From positions 1 to 64,000 of the forward strand of contig KZ538162.1 of assembly GCA_000934665.2 (NCBI GenBank): a stretch of DNA of 64,000 bases. Direction: 5' to 3'. Numbering within the stretch: position 1 is the stretch's first letter; the number at the start of each line of letters is the position of its first letter. Origin of the DNA: Catajapyx aquilonaris. Its lineage: Eukaryota. The notes beneath the pieces were generated by a model that did not search any database, was not told the DNA's origin, and worked only from the letters and a program-made list of their open reading frames with translations. Shown piece after piece: positions 1 to 14,378 of this stretch. A program made the translations under genes and the position numbers.

Positions 1-719
1 GGGGGGGAGGGGGAGGGGGAAGAAATGAAATATTCCTTCTGATACTTTACAGCCCTGAAAATGCCACGCACACGCGCAGTTTTAAAGACAGGAATTTAAT
101 TAGGCGAAAAGATGTTGGTTCGTTTTTAGTAATAAAAGCCAAAGCGAGGATCCAGAGACATTATGAGCCCGAAGACGCTTTGAGTCATTAAAGGCAGAGG
201 CAAAAAAAATGCCGCTTTTCTCGTCAAGTCATCTCCAGGAAAATTATTCGGGCGAGCAGGGACCAACAATTCGGCGGGTGTCTGCCAAACCGCCAGTACT
301 TGAAAGGAAAGCTTTTCAATATTACAGTGCTTCAGATATCTCAGAACTGACGTCTCTCGTCGAATTTCGTGAAAACCTGGATTACATATCGTATTATTTT
401 TCTATGTACCCTGTACTTTTTTCTTGAGTAAATAGCCTGCCTAATTAAATATTGATTTGATGGATCTATTGTGTGAGGTTGAGATGAGGCTTGCAGCTTC
501 ACATCCATCACTTGCCTCTTGTCTTCCCTCTTTTCGGCTTCACAATGGCCGCTCTTCTAAAAAAGATTGAACACCTACACAGGAACAATGAAACGCGATG
601 AAAGGATGCGCCTGCTGACTCTCAGGACCATCATGTAGTCATTTCTTAATGACGTATGGGGCCCCCAAGAAATTGGGTTCTAAAGTTAGGCCAGGAGGAA
701 AAATCATCCGAGTCTCGAG

Positions 720-950
720 TGGGTTATATCTCATGGGAATGCAACCGCAGACCAAAAACCATGAAGAAATGGGAGCAAAAAAATGGCATATTCGAGACTG
801 CGAAGTTTTGCTTCCATTTTCCCACAAGACGAAGAGAGAGTTGGTGAAAAAAATATAGGAGAACCTTCCATGTCTTATTCCAGTTCTTGGTTTGACATTT
901 CCGCCGAAGCCTTACACTGGAGTTGCTGACCCGTCTCCAATGACATTCTC
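720..950 (+). pseudogene. Possible decayed THAP-domain coding fragment (DNA-transposon fossil)
   Basis: Across frames and stops: WECNRRPKTMKKW...FHFPT.RRESW*KKYRR, then PS..YS, V*HF and KP....DP.P..F. This follows the motif order of THAP zinc fingers. Alignment by eye only. Confidence 0.3.
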
Positions 951-3900
951 CGCTATATGCCCCCTTGATGTCTACCCGTCTCAAAAACTTTCTCAACAAT
1001 CGAGCATCGCCAAAAATAAGTCCCACCTTCAGATTTTCTTTCCCCCTCAACAAAACTCACAGCTTATATAATTGTGTTAAAATTAAGCTCAAAAGAAGCG
1101 GTCTCTTCTGGTGAAATCTGACACCTTTTTTAGATCCCAAAGTGGCATCCTGGTGCTTCAGATGTCACATGATGTCTCTGACTTAATGTCCTCGCGGGAA
1201 GAGTACCTTCATCGGGTAACAAACCGTGTCCATTTCCCCTAGAGAAATGCCTTGTTTTGGATGAAGGCTTTGGAGTGGTACTTTGCGTCTGTCTCAGATT
1301 CGTTTTTTTTAACCCTCTCAGAAATTTATCTGTTTGCCTTCTTTCCCACCCTCATTTGTATATTTCATCTCAAAAATATAACTCGGATGTACCCTAGCAT
1401 TGGAGCGTGACCCACAAGGCTACCTGTGGTTTTACCTTCTTTTTTTTCTTTTTCTCAGGACACAATTACTGTGAGAGTGTAAGAGGACTTTTTCCCCGCC
1501 AAGTATACCCGTTAGAAAAGCCGCACAGACCATTGTGTGGCCGACTTGCACTACGTCACCTGTCCTGTTCAATGGAACGAGGAACACTAAGGCTAAGCTG
1601 CACTTTGCTCCACACTCTCCAAAAAATTCCACCACACTCGCAGTAAAAGGAGTCACATAATTTATGCCCAGTTTTGTGTTTTTCAGAGAGAAAAAAATAG
1701 GGTCTATGGTGTCTATGACAGAGACTAGACGCCTTTATTGGACAGCGGGACAACATTAGCCTGACTTTACAATGGTGCAACCAAGGTGAACGCTTGTAAT
1801 TTATGGCCAGGGTATATGCTGGAAAATCAATTTAGAACGCCACCGTCAACGGGGTTCCTTGTACTTTGCTGAAAAAAGAAAACCTGTGGCCTATATGCAG
1901 TAAGTGTCGGCCAAGATCATTTTGACACCTTGAACGTCTTCATTTTGGCCAACAAAGCCGCCTGGGGCTTTACTGTCCAATGCATGGCTTTATTATTATG
2001 GACATGACGTGCCTGCTCGCGTCCATGTTATTGTCCCGCTTTTCTTGACGCTTTGTTCGGACACCTCGACAGCGCGTAATGGTATTTTTTCCGGCTTGAG
2101 GAGCCGCACTGATGCATTTATGGAACGGTCATGCACGCAATTTTGGGGCTGTCGGTTCTCTCTACAAAAAAAAGCTGGGGAATACTAGGGACAAGCGTTC
2201 TTTTTTATCGCGACAATGCTGACAAATTTGTCAGCTTTTTAAATGTAAAATATGCCGGAGCATGCTTCAGGGGTGTGCCATTTATCTGCTGCGTTTAGAA
2301 AATAATAGAGTCCCGATGCGGCCATACCATCATGCACCTTTCTGACTCCATCCACAGTTATAAATTCAGTCGCTGATTGCAAACATCGCATCCCCCCCTT
2401 TTTTTTCAACCCACAATAACTTGTAATAACCTTAGAGAATTCCGATGCAAATTTATGCATCCCCCGCAAGTTTAATAGCGTCACAGCTGGAATCCCCCCT
2501 CTCTCTAGTCCATACTATAAAAAATAGGGTCAATATGGCACTGCGGTATTTCCACCTCGGCATCATTCGGTAAGCATGGCAATCAGAGCCAAAATTCTAC
2601 CGCTGAGTGACAGCCTATTGGACGGCCAGTTTAATTTGGTCGACATGCCCCTGCCACATCAATTCGCTGGACCCTAACCCTATGATCCTTGAAAACTTTG
2701 CTTGCTTCATAAATTAGGACAAATGTCCACCCCCACCTAGATCCCCCCATGGTCTACCCCGCAAAATGCACATCGAACAGCGTGACACGACACAACCTCG
2801 GTCAACATAACGGCCGGTTGTTGGATATATGCAATTTTGCACTGGCCAGCCCTCCCCCCCTCTCTAACAGTTCTGGTCACTTCATAACGTAAAATGCGGC
2901 GGGGATCAAAGCCATGTGGTTGCCAGTCAGTGGGGTTAAATATCTACACAATCGACTGCATGTACAGAGCGGGTTAATCTATGGCCCGATGCAATAATAG
3001 ACAGGGGCCAGACCTTTTGTCAGCAGGCGGAAGGTCTTTTGTTAATGCGATTCAAAGTCGCGGCGTTGTTGCCAACAAAAGAATTTTACACCCATCAATC
3101 AAGTGTGGACTCGCAGCCTGCACTGATTGCTCCCATGAATTTGCATTCTTATTGAATCTTATGCGAACAGCTATATTAGCCCTTTGGAACGAAAGCTTTC
3201 AATCTCATGGAAATCGACTCCGGGAGTGCGACGGTCTAGTCATTAACTGTCACGAGGTGTGACGCCCGAAATATATGGGGACTTTCAGATATATTGTGTC
3301 GGGGGCCCAAGTGAAGGGCAACAAGTAGTCTGCACTTTTTATGAGAACGGGCCTGGCCGCAATGCACACGTTTGTCGTGCTATATGAGGGGTGGACCCAT
3401 GTTCCGAATCTAGTTCTGACACTAGTGAGTGCTGGCCAGGGCACCACTTATGCAGTTTTTCCAATATTCTAACTGAGTTTAAGAGTCAGATGGCACGTAA
3501 ATTACCGTTAAGACGGTTAAAACCGTTAGGACCGTTAACTGCCATATTAACAAACCGATAAATATTTTGTCTCAAATTTTACTGAGATTTTTACTGAAGA
3601 ATTTTTGCCACTTCTGGCAAGACAACACCGCCGAGTTATCCGAGTCCGATCTGCTGGCCAGACTCGTCCCATCTGGCAATTATGGTTTGGTCGTAGTGGC
3701 CACTCGCGGCCTGTGTAACTTGTGTCAAATGATCACCGATGACAAAAATGGTCACCACTGGTTACAACCAAAAAAGCCGGATGTGACTTTTCGATCTAGA
3801 ACCCTCCCAAGAATTCGCCTGTTTCCTAAACATCTCCCCCAAAAAAGAGAGCGTGTCTGTCAGTGTCAGCGACATTAAACCTCGTGACATGGTGTCCCAG

Positions 3901-6900
3901 AAGGTGAGTCGGATGAATGACGTCTCCGTTTCGCATGTGACATTCCCTGGTCCGGAAGAGGAATTTCCGATTGGCGCCGAGGGGAGGTCGAACCTTCCGT
4001 TCCACGCAGGATCCTCGCAGGTCTGCCTGCCAGACATGTGGCACTTCTTCCAAAATTTAAGGGGTGGGGAAGCTGTATGGCAGGTCTTTGTCCCTTGCAT
4101 TATTTATCTCGTCTGGGGCAATTTTCCTTCTGTGCGGATGCCGACCCCTGACACTTCCCTGCGGAGGTACCTTTACGGCTCAGAATTGGGACACGCCACC
4201 AGTCGACGAGGTCTCTGGGACCGACATACCCAGAGTTTTACGAAGAGGGCTGGAATGATTATAGTATCACGCTTTGCTGCTATACGCACGGTATGATATA
4301 CCTTGTTTCGCTGTTTTTTCTAAATCACGGAGAGAAGTGATGCAATTAAAGCGAAACAAGATTGAAATTTAATGATGGAGTTTTACTGTGTTAGTAAATG
4401 TTAGTAAATTTAGCGATGCATAACTTGGACAAACACCACGGTGTGTTGTTTTAATTAGCCCAGTGATGATGCATGACAAGCGCTTATAAATTATAAGTAT
4501 AACCACTACATTATAAATTTCCTGGTGTTTCACTATTAATGATATTATTAGCAAAGATTTGACAATGACAAATACATAGCGACGGTAATTGCAATAAAGC
4601 TAGTGTAGGCATATAGTTTTCACTGTACAGAGTAGGGCACTGACAAATTACCCATTTCAAGAGGGAGGTAAGGGAAGAAAATTATCCCATAACCAGTTTT
4701 TAAAATATTAACTGAGACAATGAATGTGATTACTGGTTCCACCGCATTGCTTCTCTTTAAACTGGTTGTTGGGATAGACAATCCATAACACACCAACCTC
4801 TTAATTTGAGGAATTGGGCAGTCCATTCTTTACGTTCATTCATCAATTTTACGACGTAATATTTGATCAATTTTGGTGCATAATTATGCTCCAAAAACGT
4901 AGCATCTGTGGGAACAAATACGGTACATTAACATGTAGAGAGTGTAGATGAATAATGAATTAATGTTTTCCCTGCAGTCCAACTTTAACGGGAAAATTTT
5001 GACACCGAGTACATTTTGGAAGGTACAGTGAGAAAAGTCATAAACGCATAAGTAATCCATATTCAGTATAATATTAAACATACTGTAGTTACCATGCCCA
5101 AAGCTAGGTTTATACTAAGATTATGATAATAATACAGTGTTTCTACCTACAAAGTTAAACTCTACTCAGAATGTTGAGCTTATAAATCGCATGCTTATAA
5201 TAAACAATGACGAAAATATCAAGGCTTAAAATTTGCGCACCGCACTGTACATATAAAATAATGGGTGAGAGGCCTGCCTTTACGTTCAATAGATTCTTGC
5301 TCGCTCAATTTCATTACGTAAATGTAAATATAAAATTTCACCTTTTCAATATGCCGCATGCACTGTACTGCGCCCATTTTTCTTTCACCCCCCCCCCCGT
5401 ACCAGTGTTTGCCCAATCATTCAGTAACAAGATAACTGGAGTGTACTGCTTGTCTCAGGGGGAACAAAGTTTAACAAATTAGTTTTTTGTTTGTCGCGGG
5501 ACAACCTTTTCCAACATATAGCCGCATTGTCGAGCAATATTGCAACAGCTGTTTTATACAAAAAAAAACCTCGTTAACTCTGAAGGTCCAGTGCGATGTA
5601 AACCTCACATCGCTGCCACAGAAGTACTTGTACTAACATGCCCTACTCTGCTCTAATAAAAAGTTTGATTCGGCCTGTTTGCAAAAGTAACATTATTACA
5701 GTCGTGTTTCTCAACCGATATCTGCGTTACACTCCCTCGTTAACTGCTGTGTTGGTTTTGCACATACACTTCAACCTGCCGCTCTAACAAGACTATCATT
5801 AGGCTAAAGTTTTGTTAATTTTGTTAATTTTGTTAATAGTGTTTACACCGGATATCATTACGCAAATATTTTCCTCGAAACATAAAACAAGTTGGCTCGT
5901 TATTTTTGTTTGGACGTTAGTATAACTTGTTGGGGGGAGAGAAAGTGGGGTGGGTGGAAAAATCAGTGGAGAGCAAATACACAAAGTTGCAAAAAAANCC
6001 CCCCCCCCCCCCCCCATCCCGCTTGAGTTTTTTCCAAATGAAGCCCAGAATGTAATCCTGTGACTTTGGAGGGAAATTGCATTTCATTGAAATATTGCTG
6101 TGGCAGCAACTGAAATGAGCCGTCGCCACGAAAGGCTGCAGGAATCCCCCGGAGCCAGCCTTTCCATTGGCTCCGGGCCGTGTTTCCCTCTCGACCGCAG
6201 GTTCAGACCGCATCCGACGAGGGAGCTGCTGCCAGTCCCAAACCGCAAAATGTCTGCACATCTACCCAAAGGGCTGACTGGAGCCGCGTCTCTGATTTCA
6301 CTTCACTCTGTCTCCATCCAACTCTTGACAAATATTCGACTGCCTTGCCTCAACCTGACCTGTTGACTGCACTCTGGCCTGAGTGTCCACATCAGGGTCA
6401 TCCTGAAGAACTAGTTCCCTTGGTATCGACCGGCACGACACCAAATTAAGAAGCTATTTCTGGTGCATTCACATGACGTGACCAGACCCGATAATTGAAA
6501 TATCCCTACTCTTATTAATGGCACACCCTTTTGTGTGGTCTGGGGGGCTCCTACAAGCACCTACCTTATGCGAAGGTTTTACTATTGACCTTAAAGGCTT
6601 GAATATTTGATTTCAGCACGTGCTATCCTTTAACAGGGCCATGAATACTGACATCCACCAGAGGAAAGGCCACCTAAAGGTGTCGATAATCGATACACAC
6701 ATTTTTAGATAGAGCCATAACGTGACTGCTCCGCTTCTGAGTCTTTTTCCCCGGGAATGCGAAACATCTTAAGGTGTTATTTTTATATTGAAGAAGTGCT
6801 GAGAGAGAGTATGTAGGTATGTAGCTTTTCAGAAGAGGAAGGAATTCAAACGGGGGTATCAAAAGTTTCTTTAGGATGAGATATACGCTACCCGTGCCAA

Positions 6901-8284
6901 TACGACAGTATAAAATATTCAAAATTTCCAGTAAATTACAAGCTGATCTGAAAACTCCAGCAAAAATTTCCCCTCTGATATGAACAATTTTGTTTGATAT
7001 GAAACATTTCTCTCTCCCTTCAATAGCGTTAGTATTTGTGTCAACAAGGCACGCTGTAGAGTACACATCATACACAAAACGCATGCACACACTCCAACTC
7101 CTTCTATACCCCAACCCAGTATGTTACTCCTCACATAATAATTGGTAGCACATTGTTATATTTCCCTGCAAGTGGGATCTAAAAAAAAAAGTCCATGTAG
7201 TGGGCAGCTTAAAAAGCCAGGGATTGCTGCTTTACTGGGTGAGTGGAAGGTTGGGTCACAAATTGGAAGCCGGGACCTACTCCAGCCGGCATTTGGAGGA
7301 CTTTTTGGGGGCACACCCACTCGACCGGCTCTTTGCCTCCTAGTTGCTCCACTTTGGGCCTTGGACCCAGAGCAGTAGCGGAGGAGCCAAGTTTAATCAT
7401 ACTGGCCTCTTCAACCAGGGATGAAAGGGGCCTTGCCTTGCCCTAATTGAACTTGTCGGTTTTTAAAGGCTGGTTGCCAGGAGGTCATGACTACGTACCC
7501 CTTCACAGCTGGCGCGACCGACTCCCGGAAGACGACACGAGGCGACATTCGATCGACCTTTCTCTTTCCCGAGGGCACAAAATGGGTAAATCCCTGAAAG
7601 CACGAGCCAGCAGCGTTTTCGCCAATTTGAAGAGTCGGGGAGAAAAACAGCTGAAGAATTAAGGGAAGGGGGGAGGGTTTTCCTAATGAAGTCGACTGCA
7701 GGAAATGTCATCAAGGTGTCCCTGGAGAGTAAAAAAGTGGGGTGTGCAACCGGGGGGGGTCTCAACTCAATTACCAGCCAAGTTCCAATATGGCTAATTC
7801 TGTCCATTTCCTGTATGGGACCGCATTAAAAGCAAGTTTGGGTGTCCCCCACCTCACCTCCCACTCATCTAAAAAAAAAAGGGTGCTAATCAAGGTAATA
7901 GCGGTGGCTATAATACAACGCGGGAATGCTTGCCCATTGGCCCAATAAAGATACCCTTCCAGTCCACCAGAGCCGCCAGTAATTCCACCGCCAATTTCCG
8001 TGCGGTTGCAAATTCTAAAACCGACACGAGGCTCTCGGCGCCATGATCAAACTGGTCTCTACACGTGGCCGGACCCAACCCATTTGATGCCCCGCCCGAC
8101 TAACATCCTCGTTTCCTGCAATAACACCACCATGTTAACCGCAATTACTCCAGAAAGTGCGCGGGTACTACCCCATACACGAAGCTTCCCCCCTCCTGTT
8201 ACAAGCAATATTCCACCCTCGACATACTATATGTAGAGTGTACATACGGAAGACTGCTGGTTGGGACACAGATGAACTCTGGAG

Positions 8285-8313
8285 CCTTACCTGCAAATGA
8301 GAATAAAAGTCAG
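8285..8313 (-). other. Candidate recursive splice site (ratchet point) C
   Basis: Minus strand reads CTGACTTTTATTCTCATTTGCAG|GTAAGG (junction 8291/8290): CTGAC branch point, T-rich tract, CAG|GTAAG. Two GTATGT donors follow 43 and 63 nt downstream. Confidence 0.7.
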
Positions 8314-8770
8314 TGATTACGAGTGTTAGTCACTCTTTTCATGTACAGTATATAGAACACAGCTCCTTCCTATTTCCAGTGCTGATAAGCCGGTATGGCC
8401 TAGAGCAGTGGCGCTCCGAGCTGCAATTTCGTCCTGACAGCTATGCGAAAGTACAGGAGATGAACGTTCCAATCGATCATTTAAGACTGCCAGAGGGAAT
8501 ACCTTGCATGCGAATATGCTGTATATATCTAGCCCCGTCCCTCCCGAGATCCTGTAATCGATGATGCTCCGCATTGTACCTTACACAAGACGTGGTGTAG
8601 AATTTTCGCCTCCTCTTGCTTCGGCTTGTCTCGCTTCAGAATTGCCTTCATTTTTTTTGCTGACATGACGCTGTTAGAAGGAGACCATAGTGTCGACTTA
8701 TCGTACAGTTCATGTGTACACCAGTTAATTTCACTGCTAATCAAGTCATCATTTTCGATACTTATATGCC

Positions 8771-8982
8771 TACAGGGTGTTCCAAATTCGTGGGTCGTTT
8801 TTTATTACTGATATTGCCCGATATAGTTATTTTTTGTAGCTTGTTGTGCCATTAACCAGGTGCCCCATTTTGTAGCAACTGCTATATTAGACCCCCTGGG
8901 AGCCTAATTCAGGGCACAACAAGCTATACAAAAAATAACTACACTATCGGGCGATACCAGTTATTTAAAAAAACGCCCTACA
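8771..8982. mobile_element. Tc1/mariner-type MITE, copy 1 (right terminus truncated)
   Basis: Begins TA-CAGGGTGTTCCAA and has long imperfect TIRs (GTAGCTTGTTGTGCC ... GGCACAACAAGCTA). Homologous to the element at 15833-16052. Confidence 0.75.
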
Positions 8983-11900
8983 TATCACTCGCATGTTTCG
9001 ACTTGTTTCGACTTTTTCGGACTTGTATGCCGACAATATGTGATCTGAAGCCTGGTGTGCAAACCGAACCAGTGTCTCACGCTTCCTGCACCTATTTCGG
9101 ACCAAGGTTACTGTAATAATGAAGGATAGGCGTGTAATGAATAGACATCCAGCCAGCACTGATATTATACCGCGTGTGCTAGCCAGTAATCTAATCAGGG
9201 GGAACCGAGTGCTATGGGCGCTTAATTCGAAGCATGCAGGCATAAGCAGCCGGAGGTTAATCCAAGAGCGCCAATATGTACCCTGCAGATTTGAAAACTT
9301 GGGCTATTACCAAACGTCAATCTCACCCCCCTCAAAGTCCGGGCACTTCATCCCTAGATAACCAGAGGAGAAAAACAAGGCCCGAAACGAGGCCATGGAA
9401 GCGCAGCACTCTAATTAATAGCTTAATGCGGATAATCGACTTATTGATCCAAAAAGTAGGTATATAGGAAAAGGGGGGAGGGGGTCTAACAGTTTTTTTT
9501 TGTACCAATTTTTGCCCAAATAAGTGCATACGACAGCCGGATTCCTGAAGAAAAATATGATCGACGTTTTACTCGTTTCTTCATTTCCACTCCATTTTGT
9601 GCCCCCCCTCTTCTTCTTGTAACAATATCCTTCTATAATCCGCTCCTCAGCTTAATTTCCGCTTAGACCACAAGCGCTCCTCCAGATAGCAAAAAAAAAA
9701 AAAGAAATGTTCTGAAGAGAATCACAATCGAAGGAATTTTCTGGATCCCATGGAATCAAGCGGAATACACTCGACGACATGGATTAATTCGGAATGAAAG
9801 TCCGCCGCTTGGCTTCCTATGCGTGAAATTCATTGCAAGCCTAGTCTTTTCAACTATTAATCGAGAGAAAAGAAGCGAACGGTGGGACGATTGCCATAGT
9901 TATACCCTCTGCGACTGAAATTCGACCTACTTTACTAAAAACCTAGAACCTTACACGAAGGGGGGGGGGGGGGGNGGGTTTACTCGTCCTCTCTTTTAAT
10001 TCGCGCGTTTCGTATTCCGAGCGTTGGATAATCCGAGCTCCTAACTCCATTTCCCCAATACCTTTTTGATCTTAAATTCAATCGCGTCAGACCGCATTAG
10101 GAAACTTGTCATGAACTCGGCACACTCCAAAACCACGCGTTGCTTGTCTATGGTGCCAAAAGATTAATTAATGGCGTTATAGAGTCCATGCATATTGTAA
10201 GGCGACGGGGTGAGCAAAAAGTTTCTCTCGCGCCCCGACGCTGCTCTTGCTAATGCCATTGTTTCAGTATTTGTCGCGCTAATTTCACAGCCTACAGGAA
10301 GTACTGGGAATGAGGAAAAAAATATTGGGGGAGGAAAATTTTACGCAACCTAATTACCTCCATTTTTGCTATATGCCAACAATGTCAGTTTCACGCATTC
10401 TGTTGACTCAAAAACTGAGAATAAGTACTACGGTTGCAAGCCTGGAGGGAAAGCCAATAAAACCCAAAATGTGGCTAGAGATTGAAATGTCGGCTCGGAA
10501 TAAAAAGGCATCAATTCTAGGTTTTATAACTTTTCACTCCTGCATATAAAAAGAACATGGATATAAGAAGCCGATCCAGCCACGTAAAATCGACAGGGGA
10601 AAAAACTCGTGAAAGGTAGCAGAATCCATCATTTTTTTTTCAGGCTAGGCCTGGGCCTGGGAGTTAGGAGGGGTGGGCTTGTAAACAGTAGAATAATCAC
10701 GCGGCAATTGACCCAGGCCGATGAATAATCCAGCATGGGCCTCCCCGTGATTGCAAGATTACGGTTTAATGAAAAAACAGTGTGGAAGGCCCGATGCTGG
10801 GGAAATGCCGTTGGGAGAAGCTTCGGATGGCTCGTTTTAACTTACACCCCATTTTCGACCCGGAGACAACTGCGCAACCACGACTTTACAGCGCCCATTC
10901 CCGCCAGATAATGACCCGGATATGTCCCCTCCGCCATGAATAAGCGTATGGATCTGTATTATATTTAGATCGTAATAATGGACCCTATGGTTGAGCGGTA
11001 TACAGGACCTAGGTTGGTTGGGGAGTTTCGTAACAAAAAAAATAAAATTAGGTGAGTGAAGAGAAAATGGAAGGTGCATTGCTAACTAATCAGGGCCCTC
11101 CCATTGCGTTAATCAGGTGGTGTCACGAAAGGCAAGGGCAGGGTCTACGGTACCCAGGCCGATTTATTCTACGTAAGATACATGTAATTGCAGGGGTAAA
11201 ATCATTAATAACGGGCTGTCAATATTATTTGACAATAATTGGGGCAAATAACTAATTAATTAAATTAAATAGGAATATTCGTGTTTGATGTGTCAGGCGA
11301 TTTACATTATTATTATACTCTTCATTAAAGGTTATGGTTATTTTATCGCCGACTTGTTGACGGCTCGTTTCCAACTTTTCTTCCAACTTTTCCTCCATCA
11401 AACTGTGCCACCTGAACCGCCATCACCGCACCAAACACCCAACGTTATTTGGCTATTTTTTTGTGTGCCCCCCCCCCCCCCCCNCCCCCCAGCACAACTA
11501 ACGCGACGTGCGAGTCTCACAGTTGAGTTGTCGCAGCCAACCCGACAAAACTTTAGCCAAATTTGCTTAGGCGTCGGCTAATTACATGCAGAACCTCAAC
11601 TTTCCTGACAGCCCTACCCAGCCCCCATAATCGCATTTTATATATAAGAAAAAACTTTGTCGGCATGTAATTTTTTATGACCAACAACTCAAGAAGGGTA
11701 ACGACTATCCGTCGCAAAAATAATTTCCCGCGAGACACGTGCAACGGTCAGCCGGGAAATTTTCACCTGACAATATGGTGGATGATTTTTGCCAAAGCCC
11801 CTGCCGGCCAGATATACTTGGAGTGATGGGTGCACATAGGGTAATGATATGGGGGAGGCCCCGGGGCCTACCCTTGGGGACCCCTCCACAGATTAAAACC

Positions 11901-14160
11901 CAGTGTTGGCGCCATTCTAGCAACACCGACGCCATTACGTGCACAAGTGGCGTTATGCCGCTCAGAGATAAAATAGAGCCTATTTATTCAAATATTTACT
12001 CATTTAGCCGGAACGCTTACTCTGGTGCGGATGCTAAAGACTTTATGGGCCGCGTTGAGCCGGAGCTAGACTGACAGCTCTTTGGACTGCTGATTATTAC
12101 GCGATAAATAGAGACGATCATTTCAATGGAAAAAAGTGGGTGGTCATTTAGGGCTGGCGAATATATACACCCAAGGTTGGGCCTCAAGCTGGTGACAAAT
12201 TGCGGCCTCACACACCCCCATCATGCACAGCTAGTATCTCACCCTGGACAAAATGTGATATCGACAGTTGTGGCCAGTGGGGAGAAACTGTCTCGTGTCC
12301 ATAACTACATCAACACACTACCTGCTCAAGTGCTTCTGTGTCAATAAATTATGAATTCAGAGATGGCAATCTCCCTCTTGACTGGGGACATGGGGAAGGA
12401 AGAAAACAGGTCTTATCCTACAGGCGCATGCGAGGAGGATGGAAGCAGTCCAAATAGATCACGCAAACTGTGCTACAAGTTTAAGGGGTGGGGGTGGGTT
12501 CCACTTGGTCAAGTGTCGCCTCTCGAGAATATCATATGCAGCCACACCCATCGGGTTTTTTTCCAGAGTTATATCTAGGCACACACGCGCTTCTGCTTCT
12601 AGGATAAGTGGGATTTATCTCCAGATTTAGTGCTCGTTTAGGCTTATTCCAGCAGCTTACTTGATAGGCGTCAAGAGTGCTAGAGGTAATTAATTTTAGG
12701 TATTAGGAATTAGTCGTCAATATCCGGTTGCACGACCGACGTGCTGCAGGGCCTAATTCTGTGAAAAGGTTTGATCTGAAATCCGGAGTGAAAATAATGA
12801 CGCGATTATCGCAATATAAGCACGAATCATTGCTGGAATAAGGGGTCCACTTTTAACACTTTTGAGTGTTTGAGATACAGATAATCGTGCAATCGGTAAT
12901 TGTAAGATCACGTTTAAACATAGTAAATTTTTAACATAACATTCAGAACATTGTTTTTGGCTTTTCAATTGTGACTGTCCACAGTTGTATGAACGCAATT
13001 TCCCCACATATAATTTTTGGAATAATTTCCCCCCTGAATTGTAATAGGTCTAAATGGCGGTTAAGTGGTCGTATAAACAGATTGTGGCCAAAAATGACAT
13101 CAACTAAATTAATTCCCTTCCAGTGTAGCCAGACAGAGGTCAGACATTGACGGAAACAAATGGGGTATTCCAGACAAGGGTTCCGTCCCTTGCAATAAGC
13201 ATTATAATGCGCATTCCGAGGCATTTCCAGCAAGCAGAAGCATTAAAAGTTGTTTTGCCCGCTCCGATATTTTTGTCGCTCCGGATGAAACGCCTCCCAT
13301 TTCTGAGCTTGCAAAGCATAACTTCCCCTGGTGACGGAATAATACCAAAGAACCGGAGTGTTTTGCCATCGTGCCGAATCTGCAGGGCTAGGCAAAATCG
13401 CATATAAAAAGCGAGGACCCTGTTGGGGACGTCCAACGAAAACAGTCAAGATAACGTAGAGATTCGCTTTGTGCCGGGCATTGTTTCCAAACCACAGCAG
13501 CGCCGTTTAATTCCAGCATTCTAACACTGTCACTTCCTTTCTTTAATTAGGTCTTACGCCTAATTGCTGGAGCTTATTCACCCGGTGGTCTCTCTCGTTT
13601 TGGGAAACGGAAACGGAATCGCGGATTCCATATGAAGTTAACTTCACGAGTGCCTTTGCCTAGTAATGAATAAAAGGATTACGAATTAGCCAAATTATGT
13701 GGGAGCTTGGCGGGGGCCACCCGAAGATGAATAGTAATCGCGAAGCTTTGTGCGAGGATGAAACAGGGCCCTGGAGAGCCCTTGAGATTTGGTTACGTTA
13801 AGTTTCCTTTTGATGTAATTAACGAATGTGGAACGAGATTTCAGCGCTTTGTGGGGGAGTCGTATATAGCCACTCGTTTCCACTGTGGTATTACACTGGT
13901 TCCATTCGCCAACACAAAATTTGCAATTTTTAAGTGCGTCATTTTCAGCCTGCATTTGAGCCATGGGCCAGATGTATCCTTCAATGGAGAAGAAATGAAA
14001 GAATAATATATTAAGTTTGGGTTATTTGTTTTCTGTTCTATCGTCTGGTCAAGTCCACCTATGTGCCAGCAAGCCAGGATTTTCTGTACTCACATGCAAA
14101 CAATTACATGGTAAAATCTTTGGATTATCTCAGAACTGGTTTTTTGAACATTGGATTTCG

Positions 14161-14378
14161 GCAAGACTTTCATATCGGGAGACCGAATGTGGCAGGGGTA
14201 GGGGCATGCTGTACCAATCTATACCCCATGACCTTACCTTTCTTCCCGGAGGATACACGCCTAATCTTCAGCGGATACATGCCTAATCTTAAGCGGATAC
14301 ACGCCTATCTTTCAGCAGATACAATCTTAGGAAAGAAGGTAAACGTGCGGAGTCTCCCGATATGAAAGCGTAGCCCTG
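14161..14378. mobile_element. Non-autonomous DNA element (possibly hAT-type) with internal 22-bp tandem array
   Basis: Perfect 17-bp inverted repeat CTTTCATATCGGGAGAC (14167-14183) / GTCTCCCGATATGAAAG (14352-14368). The right end reads CAGGG on the minus strand. Internal GGATACACGCCTAATCTTCAGC repeats about 3.5 times (14251-14328). Confidence 0.6.

Noticed and set aside
2218..2235. 18-bp perfect palindrome GCTGACAAATTTGTCAGC
   Set aside because: One such palindrome is plausible by chance in 64 kb.
3762..4296. Overlapping ORFs with an OB-fold-like IRLTFWD peptide
   Set aside because: The resemblance rests on one short motif, which is not enough to call.
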